Shown here: in pieces, positions 46,277-56,620 of the stretch
Numbering within the stretch: the first letter of the stretch is position 1
Layout of the letters: each line of letters opens with the position of its first letter
Sequence record: OQ708376.1
Length of the DNA stretch: 64,000 nucleotides
Direction: 5' to 3' (one strand)
Position numbers and translations under genes: made by a program
Notes under the pieces: model-generated
Databases searched by the model: none
Told to the model about the DNA's origin: nothing
Seen by the model: the letters and a program-made list of their open reading frames with translations, nothing else

Positions 46277-46836
46277 ATATCAATGATTACCAATTTCATA
46301 GGCTTGAATTTCGTCATTGTGTTGCATTTGCAAAAACATTGATGTGCATCATTGACACTCTTTCATCCAAACAATTTCGTAAGGATAATGATTTATTTCT
46401 GAAAAAAGGTCGTGTAACATCATCCGATATCAGTGTTGAACTATTTGTTGATATCAGTGTTGATACCGGAGACAGTACAAGGGTTGGTTGTATAGGTCAT
46501 ATTGGTACACATTGCTTCACATGGAATCCAAATACAAGTCAAGTACGAATTGATTATAGAAATTCACGTTGGGTTGATCTTAGTACTGAATCCGATTTAG
46601 AATCAGCTATGTTCCAGCTAAGTTTAATTCACAATCCTAATGAACTTCTTTACATTATTACTTTCAGTTATCTGTTACAAAACTACGATAATCCATCAGG
46701 GTTTTTCATAGAATCGGATATAGAAGAAATTATGGAAGAGTTTCCTAGTTTAAAGGATATTCTGGAAGAAAAAGATTTCTATGAAGACTTCAGAGATTTA
46801 TACGACATGCACTTGGAGTTATTTAAGAATGGATAA
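46273..46836 (+). CDS. EExxFQ-motif family protein
   Basis: DLESAMFQLSLIHN. Confidence 0.8.
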   Translation: MNINDYQFHRLEFRHCVAFAKTLMCIIDTLSSKQFRKDNDLFLKKGRVTSSDISVELFVDISVDTGDSTRVGCIGHIGTHCFTWNPNTSQVRIDYRNSRWVDLSTESDLESAMFQLSLIHNPNELLYIITFSYLLQNYDNPSGFFIESDIEEIMEEFPSLKDILEEKDFYEDFRDLYDMHLELFKNG

Positions 46837-47347
46837 AGATGATATTCTAATTAGACTAATTAAGAGTTTAATAAAGTTCTCAAATAATGATGTCGATACA
46901 TACAAAGTAGGGGATATTGAATTCAAATCATTTGGTATGTACGGTGAGGACAAAACATATTATGCGTCAATGAAATTTCAAGATTTTCACGAGATGTTAA
47001 TATCGTTATCATATGAAGATGTTGATCCAAGATGGAGTTCCAGTATTTCACTATCGAGAATGGTAATTCGTAGTAAGCATCGTTACATTTCGTCAAAGAA
47101 TACTCCTAACTTGATTAATATTGTGTTGAATGAAAATACCAATCCTATATCTAAACTTGATATCGTACCGTTAACCGATGAAGTACTTTTTCAATTGAGT
47201 ACCATTTGTGATGAAGATGTGATATCATGTATGAAAATTTATGAGAAGGTTGGGAGTGATATTCCCATGAACTATTACCTAACTATAGATGGAACGTACC
47301 TTCGAGATGAGGTTCTAGCGTACATTGACAGTGTTTTACCAAAATAA
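46829..47347 (+). CDS. EExxFQ-motif family protein
   Basis: LTDEVLFQLSTICD. Confidence 0.8.
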   Translation: MDKDDILIRLIKSLIKFSNNDVDTYKVGDIEFKSFGMYGEDKTYYASMKFQDFHEMLISLSYEDVDPRWSSSISLSRMVIRSKHRYISSKNTPNLINIVLNENTNPISKLDIVPLTDEVLFQLSTICDEDVISCMKIYEKVGSDIPMNYYLTIDGTYLRDEVLAYIDSVLPK

Positions 47348-47406
47348 AGACCCGTATGGGTCTTTTTGTGTTTATGGCTTTACAAGAGCATTCAGGTGTG
47401 TTATAC
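47346..47406 (+). terminator. terminator followed by sigma70 promoter
   Basis: AAAGACCC-GTAT-GGGTCTTT-TT; TTTACA-17-TATACT. Confidence 0.8.
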
Positions 47407-47434
47407 TTGATTTTAAATAGAGTTGGAGGAATCT

Positions 47435-48001
47435 ATGAGTACTGAATTAATTAAAGAAGTCACATTACTTCTGAAGCATTGTTTTAAGTTCATTCCTGAT
47501 ACTGGTTCCCGCCAGTACATTAAAGTCAATGAGAAATATAACATCAATATCCTTGCATCCGAAACTGCAAGCAGTTATGCTAACATTGAGTTGGATTCTG
47601 AAGAAAAATATACAGTATTACAAATCATATCAGATGTACAACGTAAACAAGATTATCGTTCTTCATTTTACAACGATCATCTGTGTGTTTGCTCAAACTT
47701 CAGTGAGAATAAAATTGTGTATAAGAATTTATACACACATGAAGTGATTGATACATATAATTATAAAATTTCATCTGATGAATACAATGTGCTAATGTTC
47801 AACGCAAACCTTTTGTATGATGCCAGTACTGTACGCTGTTTAGAGTTAGCATATAAAATTCCAAAGATCATGGAAAGAAAAGATTTGATTCACTTTAAAA
47901 CTATTTTAAAATACAGTACAAAAGAATTAGAGGATTTAGTACAGGCTCTTAAGAATTTCATTAATGAACATGTACCTGTTAAATTCGAGGATGCACAATG
48001 A
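47435..48001 (+). CDS. hypothetical protein (divergent FQ member)
   Basis: DEYNVLMFNANLLYD. Confidence 0.75.
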   Translation: MSTELIKEVTLLLKHCFKFIPDTGSRQYIKVNEKYNINILASETASSYANIELDSEEKYTVLQIISDVQRKQDYRSSFYNDHLCVCSNFSENKIVYKNLYTHEVIDTYNYKISSDEYNVLMFNANLLYDASTVRCLELAYKIPKIMERKDLIHFKTILKYSTKELEDLVQALKNFINEHVPVKFEDAQ

Positions 48002-48582
48002 ACCATATCAGAACTAAAATTTTGAGACTCATGCATGACATTGCAGAACTTTCAGAGATTCATGACATTACAGAAATTGTTGAATTTGATGATTATCGAC
48101 TGAAAATTGAAAACAAATCCAAACATCGTTTTGGATCAGTTCAGTTGGATGTATATAAAACTTATGAATTTTCTAAAAAAATTAAAAGTTCATGGGATAC
48201 GATTACTATGTACATTCGCACATCCAGAAATCGTGAACGTATTGGTTCTATTTCTTCTAATATGGTATTTGCGAATGCATTACATGAAAAAATGAATAAA
48301 ATTGTAGAATCTGATTTCAGTGAAGATGATGGTTTTATTGGGTTGGATGTTCCACCAGAATTAGACCAAAGTGAAGATATTCGAGATGCATTCATTTTCC
48401 AGAAATCATTGTTGGACAATTACAAAGAATTCGAGTACTTAATGCTTTGTTACGATACTGCAAAAGTTCTTGATTGTGGTGAACTAGTTATGTACAATGA
48501 TTTTATCAATTACAAGACTGATGTTCTGAATACACTACTTCAAAATATAGAATCGGTTAAGGAAAAATATGAACGCTTATAG
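47998..48582 (+). CDS. EExxFQ-motif family protein
   Basis: IRDAFIFQKSLLDN. Confidence 0.8.
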   Translation: MNHIRTKILRLMHDIAELSEIHDITEIVEFDDYRLKIENKSKHRFGSVQLDVYKTYEFSKKIKSSWDTITMYIRTSRNRERIGSISSNMVFANALHEKMNKIVESDFSEDDGFIGLDVPPELDQSEDIRDAFIFQKSLLDNYKEFEYLMLCYDTAKVLDCGELVMYNDFINYKTDVLNTLLQNIESVKEKYERL

Positions 48583-49147
48583 TTATATGACAGAACGCCA
48601 TCAGTTATTATATGATATCAGTACAAAAATGTTATCAATTGTTAGTAGTGCAAAAGAAATTGAAAAACAATACCTCATCCGTGATGTAGCAATTTCATCT
48701 AAATGTTGGTCCAATGAATATTACGATCACGGTATTCTTACTATTTCTGGGGCTAGAAATATTTGTATTGTAAAAAATAAAAATAAAAGTAATGAAGAGT
48801 GTGAGATTATAACCGATATACAAATTAAGGATGATGGAAGTTTTTCACACCACCCATTCCATATTAGTACTATTGGTGTTTTATATAATATTAAAGTACT
48901 ATTCGGTGATGAAGAGTATGTGTTAAAAGCCATCAATCCAGATTCAAGTACAGTTGAAGAAGAACTGTTCCAGATGAGCACTGTTATACCTGAAGAGGTT
49001 CTTAGTACTGTTATTTTTTGTAGTTTAATTTATCATGAATACAAAAAGTACCAGTTCGATTTCCACATGTTAGGAACATACATCTTCAATAATTTGAATG
49101 TAGATCGTTTAACAGCATTAAATGCAGCAATGGATAAGGTGCTATAA
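48569..49147 (+). CDS. EExxFQ-motif family protein
   Basis: VEEELFQMSTVI. Confidence 0.8.
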   Translation: MNAYSYMTERHQLLYDISTKMLSIVSSAKEIEKQYLIRDVAISSKCWSNEYYDHGILTISGARNICIVKNKNKSNEECEIITDIQIKDDGSFSHHPFHISTIGVLYNIKVLFGDEEYVLKAINPDSSTVEEELFQMSTVIPEEVLSTVIFCSLIYHEYKKYQFDFHMLGTYIFNNLNVDRLTALNAAMDKVL

Positions 49148-49575
49148 TGACAAGAGATGATTGTTTGTACATATGGGATATAATTGAAACTACACTTTCA
49201 AATCCAGAAAATTATAAAACAAAAAAAAGACAACGACACAAAATATGGATAGATTTGTTCGTTGAGGGCATACACGCAGTGACTATCTGGGATTCACCGA
49301 GGGCATCATCATCTACTCTGTTGGACAATGAATGCATTGATTGCATTAATTCCACTTTTCATCTCTACGGTACTACAATTTTTGGTACATTTCTGGATAT
49401 TGAAAGTAAAGATGATATTGATTCACTTGCGTTACAATACCAAGTACTATATAATACTAAATTAATTTACGATTTAGTACTAGCTTCTTATGTGTATAAA
49501 TTAATGATGAAATATAATCATATTTCTGTTTCAGTTTATACTAAGGATATTCTTTCATTAAGAGACAAAACATGA
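49147..49575 (+). CDS. hypothetical protein (divergent FQ member)
   Basis: DIDSLALQYQVLYN. Confidence 0.7.
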   Translation: MTRDDCLYIWDIIETTLSNPENYKTKKRQRHKIWIDLFVEGIHAVTIWDSPRASSSTLLDNECIDCINSTFHLYGTTIFGTFLDIESKDDIDSLALQYQVLYNTKLIYDLVLASYVYKLMMKYNHISVSVYTKDILSLRDKT

Positions 49576-50081
49576 GTTTATTAAATGCACGCGAATTGGT
49601 TGAGATGTATGAGATTTTGTCTTCATATAAAAATTCTCATGGAGATGTGATTCTCGACAAAAAGTTCCATGTCAGTGTTGAACATATATCAAATATAGAT
49701 ATGATTTCTTTGGTGGAAAGTAATAAGTCAGGTCTTGAACGCGATATCATGCGTTTGATTTATATTCCCAAACCATCATATACTAATGATAGTTCAATTA
49801 GTAATGAGACATTCATGTATAGTCCCGGTACGGATTCTACTATAGTATCGCTGTCCAATAAATCAATGGATACTTTCCAATTCATATATACCAGTACTGA
49901 TAACATTGAAGAAATTGAATTTCAAAACAATACATTAAGTCCATGTAGTAGTGTTATAACCTTTATGTCATATCTATGGTCAACTAAAACAAGTGCTGTT
50001 GTATATAGTTCAAATTATACACAAGATAGTATTGTTGAATCATATAAAGTTCTAAAGGAATACTATGAAAATAACAAATGA
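49572..50081 (+). CDS. EExxFQ-motif family protein
   Basis: IEEIEFQNNTL. Confidence 0.75.
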   Translation: MSLLNARELVEMYEILSSYKNSHGDVILDKKFHVSVEHISNIDMISLVESNKSGLERDIMRLIYIPKPSYTNDSSISNETFMYSPGTDSTIVSLSNKSMDTFQFIYTSTDNIEEIEFQNNTLSPCSSVITFMSYLWSTKTSAVVYSSNYTQDSIVESYKVLKEYYENNK

Positions 50082-50646
50082 TTTTATTAAAAGTGTAGTA
50101 CACCCTATGCTTAGTATTATGAAAAAAATACAGAATCTACCGGAAGATAACGATTACAAGTTTAATCGTTTTGATTCAGATGTGTTTTGTATTGAAATTG
50201 AAATTAATAACAATCGCAATTTACATTTAAAATTCAAAGAATCTTCGAGTCCGTACTACAACTTTGATATGAATTTTAAAATAGATACTGACATTGAAGA
50301 AAACATAATATCAAATCATACTAGCAAAAATGGTTTTATGCATAGAACTACTATGTACAATAATAAAAATAGTATTATATCTAAATGGAATCAACAATTC
50401 ACTAAAATTTGTGAAATTGAATATAATGATTTTGGTGAAGAACATTACTTTCAGTTAAGTACAATTCATGAACTTCCACCATATGATTATGTTAAAACAT
50501 GGTTTGATATTCATAATATAATTGATGATGCAATCAAACTTCCATTTGGTGTGTCAATATCATATACTGCTCCTAAAACATTTGTTTTTACTGAAGATAT
50601 GATTATGAAAAAGATATGGGCAATCATCCCACTTATGATGGATTAA
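50065..50646 (+). CDS. EExxFQ-motif family protein
   Basis: FGEEHYFQLSTIHE. Confidence 0.8.
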   Translation: MKITNDFIKSVVHPMLSIMKKIQNLPEDNDYKFNRFDSDVFCIEIEINNNRNLHLKFKESSSPYYNFDMNFKIDTDIEENIISNHTSKNGFMHRTTMYNNKNSIISKWNQQFTKICEIEYNDFGEEHYFQLSTIHELPPYDYVKTWFDIHNIIDDAIKLPFGVSISYTAPKTFVFTEDMIMKKIWAIIPLMMD

Positions 50647-50707
50647 ATTTGTACCAGGGGTTGACTCTGGTTTTTTTGTATGATACATTGTTCTCAAGGA
50701 GAATTTT

Positions 50708-51259
50708 ATGAACTACAATCATGATCTTTTTACATTATGTGCATCCAAATGTGTTGAAGGATGGGCAGATAAAATCAATACCATAATTCATCGATATCTC
50801 GTCTTTAGTTCCCGTGCACGAAGTGAGGGGGCTATGGATTTCAAATATACACTATCTATTGATGGTGTAACTATCCATGCAGACGAAGAACGTCTGAACA
50901 TTAATTTGTATGATTCCTGTGTATTTGCTATTCACCAAAAGATGGGGAAAGGATGGGGTTGTAATAACATTAACTCCAAAGCTATCTTTTGGGTTGGTCA
51001 CCATCAGACAGTACTTGATCCTTCAATCAAATCTAATCTTTTATCCGATAATATGGTTTATGATTTATTGTACTCCGAAGAACAACATTTTCAGTTAAGT
51101 ACATTGCATGTTCTGGCACAGTACGAGGATTGTTACAAAACATTAGAACTATGCCATTCCCTTGAACTTAAAGATAAATTAATACAAGTTTACCCTTCAT
51201 TCTTTCATGAAGAAGTCCAAAGTACACTAGATCATATTTTATATGGATACGATAAATGA
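50708..51259 (+). CDS. EExxFQ-motif family protein
   Basis: SEEQHFQLSTLH. Confidence 0.8.
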   Translation: MNYNHDLFTLCASKCVEGWADKINTIIHRYLVFSSRARSEGAMDFKYTLSIDGVTIHADEERLNINLYDSCVFAIHQKMGKGWGCNNINSKAIFWVGHHQTVLDPSIKSNLLSDNMVYDLLYSEEQHFQLSTLHVLAQYEDCYKTLELCHSLELKDKLIQVYPSFFHEEVQSTLDHILYGYDK

Positions 51260-51858
51260 GAAAAAGTTATCAAGAAGCTATTGACTTAATTCGTGAAGTT
51301 ATCAAGGTGGCTCCTGCTGCTATTGAGTTCAAGAAGTCCATATACAAGAAGTATGGGTCAATGTCGAGTATGTGCTTTCAAAAGAAACGTAGAGCATTCA
51401 CTACCCAGTACTGGAATGATTCTATCATCCTGAGCAATGAGACTCAGCGTATTTTAACACTAGAATCTGAACCTAATGAGTACGGGGAAGGAAACATTTG
51501 TGTACCTGATTATGATGAAATTAACTTCAACTGCGGTGATTTTGAAACAACATTATTACTTCATGAGGGTTATCCAGAAGGTGATGTATTAGCTGAATAC
51601 AATCCAAAAACTAAAATTCTCAAAAGAGGAATTCAGTTCACTATTAATAACAAAGATGATGTTGAAGCAGCACTGATGCAACTGAGTACAAGTGAACCTA
51701 TCACTATTAGTGTAGAAGAGTTATGGGGAATTATTTCAGTACTCAATGAGTGCTACAAAGTAAAATCATTGCGTAAACACAGCATTATATTACATACCAA
51801 TATGGCAAATATAAAATGTAAGCACATTCAAGAAATGGTGGTTCCAGATGGACTTTAA
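51256..51858 (+). CDS. EExxFQ-motif family protein (divergent)
   Basis: DVEAALMQLSTS. Confidence 0.75.
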   Translation: MRKSYQEAIDLIREVIKVAPAAIEFKKSIYKKYGSMSSMCFQKKRRAFTTQYWNDSIILSNETQRILTLESEPNEYGEGNICVPDYDEINFNCGDFETTLLLHEGYPEGDVLAEYNPKTKILKRGIQFTINNKDDVEAALMQLSTSEPITISVEELWGIISVLNECYKVKSLRKHSIILHTNMANIKCKHIQEMVVPDGL

Positions 51859-52432
51859 AGAAATTGAAAGTAAATTAAAGTACTTCAAAGATATCAAACT
51901 TCTTTGGAAAAAGTATAAAGTTGATTACAATTTCAGTGATGATGAGACAATAAAATACATTGAGATTAATATCAAAATCAAGTTCAAGAATAATAATTAT
52001 GGTGAAGTAACCTTAAATCATACTGGTATATCACTCAAGGACTATGATGGTACAACACTCGCATATTTTGACTTCACACCAGAACCAGGTGAAACACTAC
52101 TTAGTGAGATAAATTCCTATGACATGGAAGTGTTCGGCGGGAATCCGTTACTGTTCCGACTTTCTGAAGAGTGGAGTGAAGAGTACTACACTTACAAAGA
52201 TGGTGTAGTACTTGACATTCATGGAGAAGTTGTGAATGACTTGGAAGAACGTTTGTTCCAAGAATTGTGTGTTTCAAATACTTCATATGCATACAATCAT
52301 ATCCTTGACATGTTTGATTTATATAGTAAAATAGATGCTGAAATGAAGGCACATGGTATTCATTACCTTACAATTAACGACTATGCTCAACTCGAAACCG
52401 CTGTGAAAGCATTGACTAAAGTACTGAAATAG
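51848..52432 (+). CDS. EExxFQ-motif family protein
   Basis: DLEERLFQELCV. Confidence 0.8.
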   Translation: MDFKEIESKLKYFKDIKLLWKKYKVDYNFSDDETIKYIEINIKIKFKNNNYGEVTLNHTGISLKDYDGTTLAYFDFTPEPGETLLSEINSYDMEVFGGNPLLFRLSEEWSEEYYTYKDGVVLDIHGEVVNDLEERLFQELCVSNTSYAYNHILDMFDLYSKIDAEMKAHGIHYLTINDYAQLETAVKALTKVLK

Positions 52433-52441
52433 GAATGAAAT

Positions 52442-52855
52442 ATGAAACTGTATCATGCGAGTACTGTAAAAATTGATAACTTTTATATCCCGTATGGTGG
52501 TCTTCATATGGGAGGTAAACACAGTGCTTTGGAAGCTGCATTACGCAAGCTGAGAAGCCCACTGAACGTAGTAGACGCATGTACAGTATACTTGCATACC
52601 TTAGAAGTTGATGTTGATAACGTGCTTCTGTGTGAAGATTTAGGCAGTGATGATGAGTGGCGTTCACTTATTGAGAATTGCACTGCTCAAGGTTATGATG
52701 CTGTTCAGTACAAAAATGATTACGAGCCAGACAATGTTCCTAGCTTTATGATTTGGGATGCATCTAAAGTTCGCATCATTGAAGTTGATGCTATGCATAT
52801 GGATGAAGCTGAAATGATTATCGAAGATTTTCTTGATGAATATGAAGGTGTATAA
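52442..52855 (+). CDS. ADP-ribosyltransferase-fold protein (putative)
   Basis: LYHAS strand-1 His, GLHMG, GYDAVQYKNDYE, terminal FMIWD.SKVRI as in ART-PolyVal-like domains. Confidence 0.6.
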   Translation: MKLYHASTVKIDNFYIPYGGLHMGGKHSALEAALRKLRSPLNVVDACTVYLHTLEVDVDNVLLCEDLGSDDEWRSLIENCTAQGYDAVQYKNDYEPDNVPSFMIWDASKVRIIEVDAMHMDEAEMIIEDFLDEYEGV

Positions 52856-53391
52856 TGACTGACCCGATGGTAGCACTGGCACGTACTAAGTTACTATTAA
52901 AGATTGGTGAGATTTTTACGGTTCTTCTGTCCAATAATATTGATATTACTGAGCTAGATATTAAGCAACCGTGGGAAGTGACTATGTTCTCGGCGTTCCA
53001 CCGATTGTCATATAAAGGTGAAAGTGTTCTTGATTTTAACCCTAAAGCAAAATTCATAGATTATGCTGCGTTGTACAGAGAGTTGCACCGAAATATTTAT
53101 TCCGGTTGTATAACCAATAACTTCAAAGAAATTAAAGTTCAAACTGCATCACATGAGTTCAATGATTTACTTTATCCAGAATTTAATCTAACGGAAGAAT
53201 TACTCTTTCAGTACTCGTTAATTCTCACAAATCTCGAAACGCTAGAGTACTACAAAGAGTTAGTAGATATTTTTATGAATACACGACTTTCAAAAGATAT
53301 TGTGATATTCTGGTATACAGAGCATGTTACGGAGGAATTGCTTACTGAATTTCTTCTAAATATGACAGCTATAAAGGAGAAGTTATGTTAG
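52855..53391 (+). CDS. EExxFQ-motif family protein
   Basis: LTEELLFQYSLIL. Confidence 0.8.
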   Translation: MTDPMVALARTKLLLKIGEIFTVLLSNNIDITELDIKQPWEVTMFSAFHRLSYKGESVLDFNPKAKFIDYAALYRELHRNIYSGCITNNFKEIKVQTASHEFNDLLYPEFNLTEELLFQYSLILTNLETLEYYKELVDIFMNTRLSKDIVIFWYTEHVTEELLTEFLLNMTAIKEKLC

Positions 53392-53858
53392 ATATTTTAG
53401 GAAACATCGATACTGCAAATTATTTTATCCAGGACGCACTGTTCAATACAGTTCAACAAGGATTAGAAGTTCGTCATAACGTTTACCAAGGTGATGGTTA
53501 TTTCGTTGATATTGTTGAGGCACGAAAGAATACGTTTAATGTTAACATTACAACACTGGGTAGACAGAACATTGCACGAATTTTAGTAAGTAAAGATGAA
53601 ATTGTATTGAGATACAGTGCTAAGTTTATGTTGACTTATAAGAAAAAAACTGATATGTTCAGTACTAATTTATTTGATGAGCCATTTGACCTTGAAGATA
53701 TTGAAGCTACTTTCTTTACTCAAAGTACTATGGTAAAATACACTGATGTTCAATTTTCTGCTGATGTAATGTCGGAAACATTACAAATGATCAAGGTATT
53801 ATTTTATGCATTTGAGCAATTTAGAGAAGAAAGAAACAAGGTTAACAACCACAGATGA
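53385..53858 (+). CDS. EExxFQ-motif family protein (divergent)
   Basis: DIEATFFTQSTM. Confidence 0.75.
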   Translation: MLDILGNIDTANYFIQDALFNTVQQGLEVRHNVYQGDGYFVDIVEARKNTFNVNITTLGRQNIARILVSKDEIVLRYSAKFMLTYKKKTDMFSTNLFDEPFDLEDIEATFFTQSTMVKYTDVQFSADVMSETLQMIKVLFYAFEQFREERNKVNNHR

Positions 53859-54219
53859 ACTAATAGAGGCGATCACTAAGGAGTCAAAATACCACAAAGG
53901 GATTCGTCTATATTTTATAGATATTGGTTCAATGGAAGGCATATACATTTATGGTTCACAATCTTTATCTTATGATGTAATGCCAAAAAAACATGTAAAA
54001 ATCTTTTTAGGTTCAGATAAAAAAACTTTCTTGACAATTAATGATAAAAACGTTATTATGAATTCGTTGGGTCATGATAAGGTGGAAATTGATCTAAACA
54101 CACTGGAGGATATTGATTTTTTTCAATACGAGTGTTTAGGTGTTGACTTACATGGCATTAGTAGCGATATGATAAAATCATTAATCAAATATTTCGAAGG
54201 TGTTCATAAATGTATCTAA
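53806..54219 (+). CDS. EExxFQ-motif family protein
   Basis: LEDIDFFQYECL. Confidence 0.75.
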   Translation: MHLSNLEKKETRLTTTDELIEAITKESKYHKGIRLYFIDIGSMEGIYIYGSQSLSYDVMPKKHVKIFLGSDKKTFLTINDKNVIMNSLGHDKVEIDLNTLEDIDFFQYECLGVDLHGISSDMIKSLIKYFEGVHKCI

Positions 54220-54707
54220 CTAAATCAATGAAAAATTCATTTGATAAAATCAAGAGTTGTCTTGATGGGGAAAATATTACAAGTGTTACACAAACTGCTG
54301 ACCAAATTCAAAGCAGTTCAAGTGATTGTACTGTTATTTTAGGTTTACATAGTCTACGTTTATCAATAGTAAATAATATTGACAACACTGCTATTGTAAT
54401 CACACCATGCCATATTCAAAATGAGAATGGTGTATATCTTCATCACATGGGAACAGTATTTCATATTTTCAATACAAACGAAAACATTGTTAAGGAATAC
54501 AAATCTCTTAATATTGATTCAGGTGAATTATTTCAAATGAGTACTTTGTACTCATGTAATTTTACAGATACTTCATGTATTTTGCCATTTTTCTTGGAAA
54601 TTATTAAGAAAATGGAAAATTTAAAACGTGAATACAATAAAGAAATGGTTCCTGAAGCTATATTAAATATTACTAATGCTATAGAGAAGTATAATGCAGT
54701 GACTTAA
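54210..54707 (+). CDS. EExxFQ-motif family protein
   Basis: IDSGELFQMSTLYS. Confidence 0.8.
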   Translation: MYLTKSMKNSFDKIKSCLDGENITSVTQTADQIQSSSSDCTVILGLHSLRLSIVNNIDNTAIVITPCHIQNENGVYLHHMGTVFHIFNTNENIVKEYKSLNIDSGELFQMSTLYSCNFTDTSCILPFFLEIIKKMENLKREYNKEMVPEAILNITNAIEKYNAVT

Positions 54708-54749
54708 TAAAAACGCACATGGAGTGCATTAGAAGATCAAGGATAGATC

Positions 54750-55223
54750 ATGGAGATTAAAACTGTTGAAAATGGGAAAATTGATGACATTTTAGAGTTG
54801 GACGCATTCAAAGTTCATGATATAATGTTTAATGTGAAGGACATTATTCAATGTCTATTTTTGTGTAGCAAGACAATGCATGATTTTTTTCACAACCCAA
54901 ATACTAACGTTTTTATACTAACAATCAGTACTGAAAACTCGTTTATCATGGGTATGCCTATGAGTACAAATGAACAATATATTGATTGTGTTATTCGTAA
55001 TAACGATAGTATTACGCCACAATCTGAAGTACGTAAAAAGAAAAACACCTACACAATCAAAGATGATAAAATTATGATGTGCTGTAGTAAAGGGTTTATA
55101 TTAGATAATTTTATCGTCAAAGACAGTTATCACGACTTTAAAGTGTCTGAAAATCAATCCAATGTAGTTCTTTATGCGAGTGACATAGAAAGTCTAACAG
55201 TTAAAGATCCCAGTTTGGAGTAA
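54750..55223 (+). CDS. hypothetical protein
   Basis: AAGGA RBS. Confidence 0.75.
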   Translation: MEIKTVENGKIDDILELDAFKVHDIMFNVKDIIQCLFLCSKTMHDFFHNPNTNVFILTISTENSFIMGMPMSTNEQYIDCVIRNNDSITPQSEVRKKKNTYTIKDDKIMMCCSKGFILDNFIVKDSYHDFKVSENQSNVVLYASDIESLTVKDPSLE

Positions 55224-55225
55224 GT

Positions 55226-55357
55226 ATGGCTAAGAAAGTAAACAATTTCGTACAGAAACACATGAATGAGTTTAACAAGCCTCAGACACATGTGGACCGT
55301 AAAAAAGCAATGAAGAATGGTAAAGTAAAACACAAGTCGAGATTTATTCTCGACTAA
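55226..55357 (+). CDS. 43-aa basic peptide (N..QKH..FNK...VDRKK..K.G..KHK)
   Basis: GGAG RBS; widespread small phage family pattern; ends in terminator hairpin. Confidence 0.7.
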   Translation: MAKKVNNFVQKHMNEFNKPQTHVDRKKAMKNGKVKHKSRFILD

Positions 55358-55390
55358 TTTTTTGTCCGAAATTTAGGAGATTGTATTACT

Positions 55391-56239
55391 ATGGATACAA
55401 CAGATTTTCGTAATTTCAAAAAGTATTCAGTACTTGAACATATCAACGAATTTCTGAATTCCCCAACACCATTTGGTATCAGTACATCAGATACATACGA
55501 TGGATATAGAATCTTCCCATGCAATGACTTTCAAATTTCTGTCAAAAAAGGTACTTCAAAAGAAGTTGCAATTCGTGATGTAGTACTGTATAGCGATTCT
55601 TCTATTTCTTACTGTCATGATGTGAACAATTTTGAATCTCTTTCAACACCTAATTGTTCATACTACAAATCCAATGACACAATGATGTACAAAGAAGAAC
55701 ACATCAATGGGGTTTCGTTTTATAAAACCGCCAGCGATAAATCATATACATCTAGAGATGATTTTGGAAAATATACATGCACTATGTATACGGATGATGA
55801 AAAATCAAATCGTATTCATTCATTCGAATCCAAATTCAAAGAGAGTGAAGTTTCAAATATCACTATACAAGAAAAGGTTACAGAAGATGGTGTTGTGTAT
55901 CGTAGTACTGCATTCTTCCGAATGAAAGATATTGCAACTGGTCGCCCAATGATGTATAATATTGACATATCCATGAAAGGTGAATCATCGGAAGTGGTGA
56001 TTAGTACTGGTTATCGTGCCAACTACACATTTACAATGGAATCACCTGATGCATCGTTGGTACATCTATTCAACAATTTATATACTTTCCAATTCGAACT
56101 TAGTTTCGAAACAAATGAATATCAAATATTTGAGATATTAAAAAGTAATATTATTAATAAATTGGAATATTACTTCAAGTTAGGCGGGAAGATGAACATA
56201 GTTAATACTATGTTACATAACATAAAAGAAACATTATAA
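55391..56239 (+). CDS. hypothetical protein (282 aa)
   Basis: AGGAG RBS. Confidence 0.8.
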   Translation: MDTTDFRNFKKYSVLEHINEFLNSPTPFGISTSDTYDGYRIFPCNDFQISVKKGTSKEVAIRDVVLYSDSSISYCHDVNNFESLSTPNCSYYKSNDTMMYKEEHINGVSFYKTASDKSYTSRDDFGKYTCTMYTDDEKSNRIHSFESKFKESEVSNITIQEKVTEDGVVYRSTAFFRMKDIATGRPMMYNIDISMKGESSEVVISTGYRANYTFTMESPDASLVHLFNNLYTFQFELSFETNEYQIFEILKSNIINKLEYYFKLGGKMNIVNTMLHNIKETL

Positions 56240-56255
56240 ATCTGGAGGATTTGGT

Positions 56256-56549
56256 ATGGATACTAAATTCAAAATTATTTTTAAAACTAAGCCGTATATT
56301 CCACATACAGCAGAACGTTTTATACCACATGGTGCTGAGGAAATTATTCACCAAGATGGTACTAAGTTATACCTTGTTCCTTGTTCTTATGAACGTGCAG
56401 TAGAAATGTTACTAATGAATGCTAGACTATGCAAAAACAAGTACATTAGTTACCTATACAATGAACATATTTTAGATTTCAATGATGAAAATATGTTCAT
56501 TCTAGCAATTGAGGATTTTGATAACTGGTACAATATTATTAAAATCTAA
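56256..56549 (+). CDS. hypothetical protein
   Basis: GGAGG RBS. Confidence 0.75.
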   Translation: MDTKFKIIFKTKPYIPHTAERFIPHGAEEIIHQDGTKLYLVPCSYERAVEMLLMNARLCKNKYISYLYNEHILDFNDENMFILAIEDFDNWYNIIKI

Positions 56550-56557
56550 TGAAAATA

Positions 56558-56596
56558 ATGTGAACATATTAGATTCTTGTGATATAATGTTCACAT
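56558..56596 (+). promoter_or_regulatory. promoter with operator-like inverted repeat
   Basis: ATGTGAACAT / ATGTTCACAT, second arm overlapping TATAAT (56583-88). Confidence 0.5.
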
Positions 56597-56620
56597 CTTT
56601 TTTTGATAACGGAGATATAG

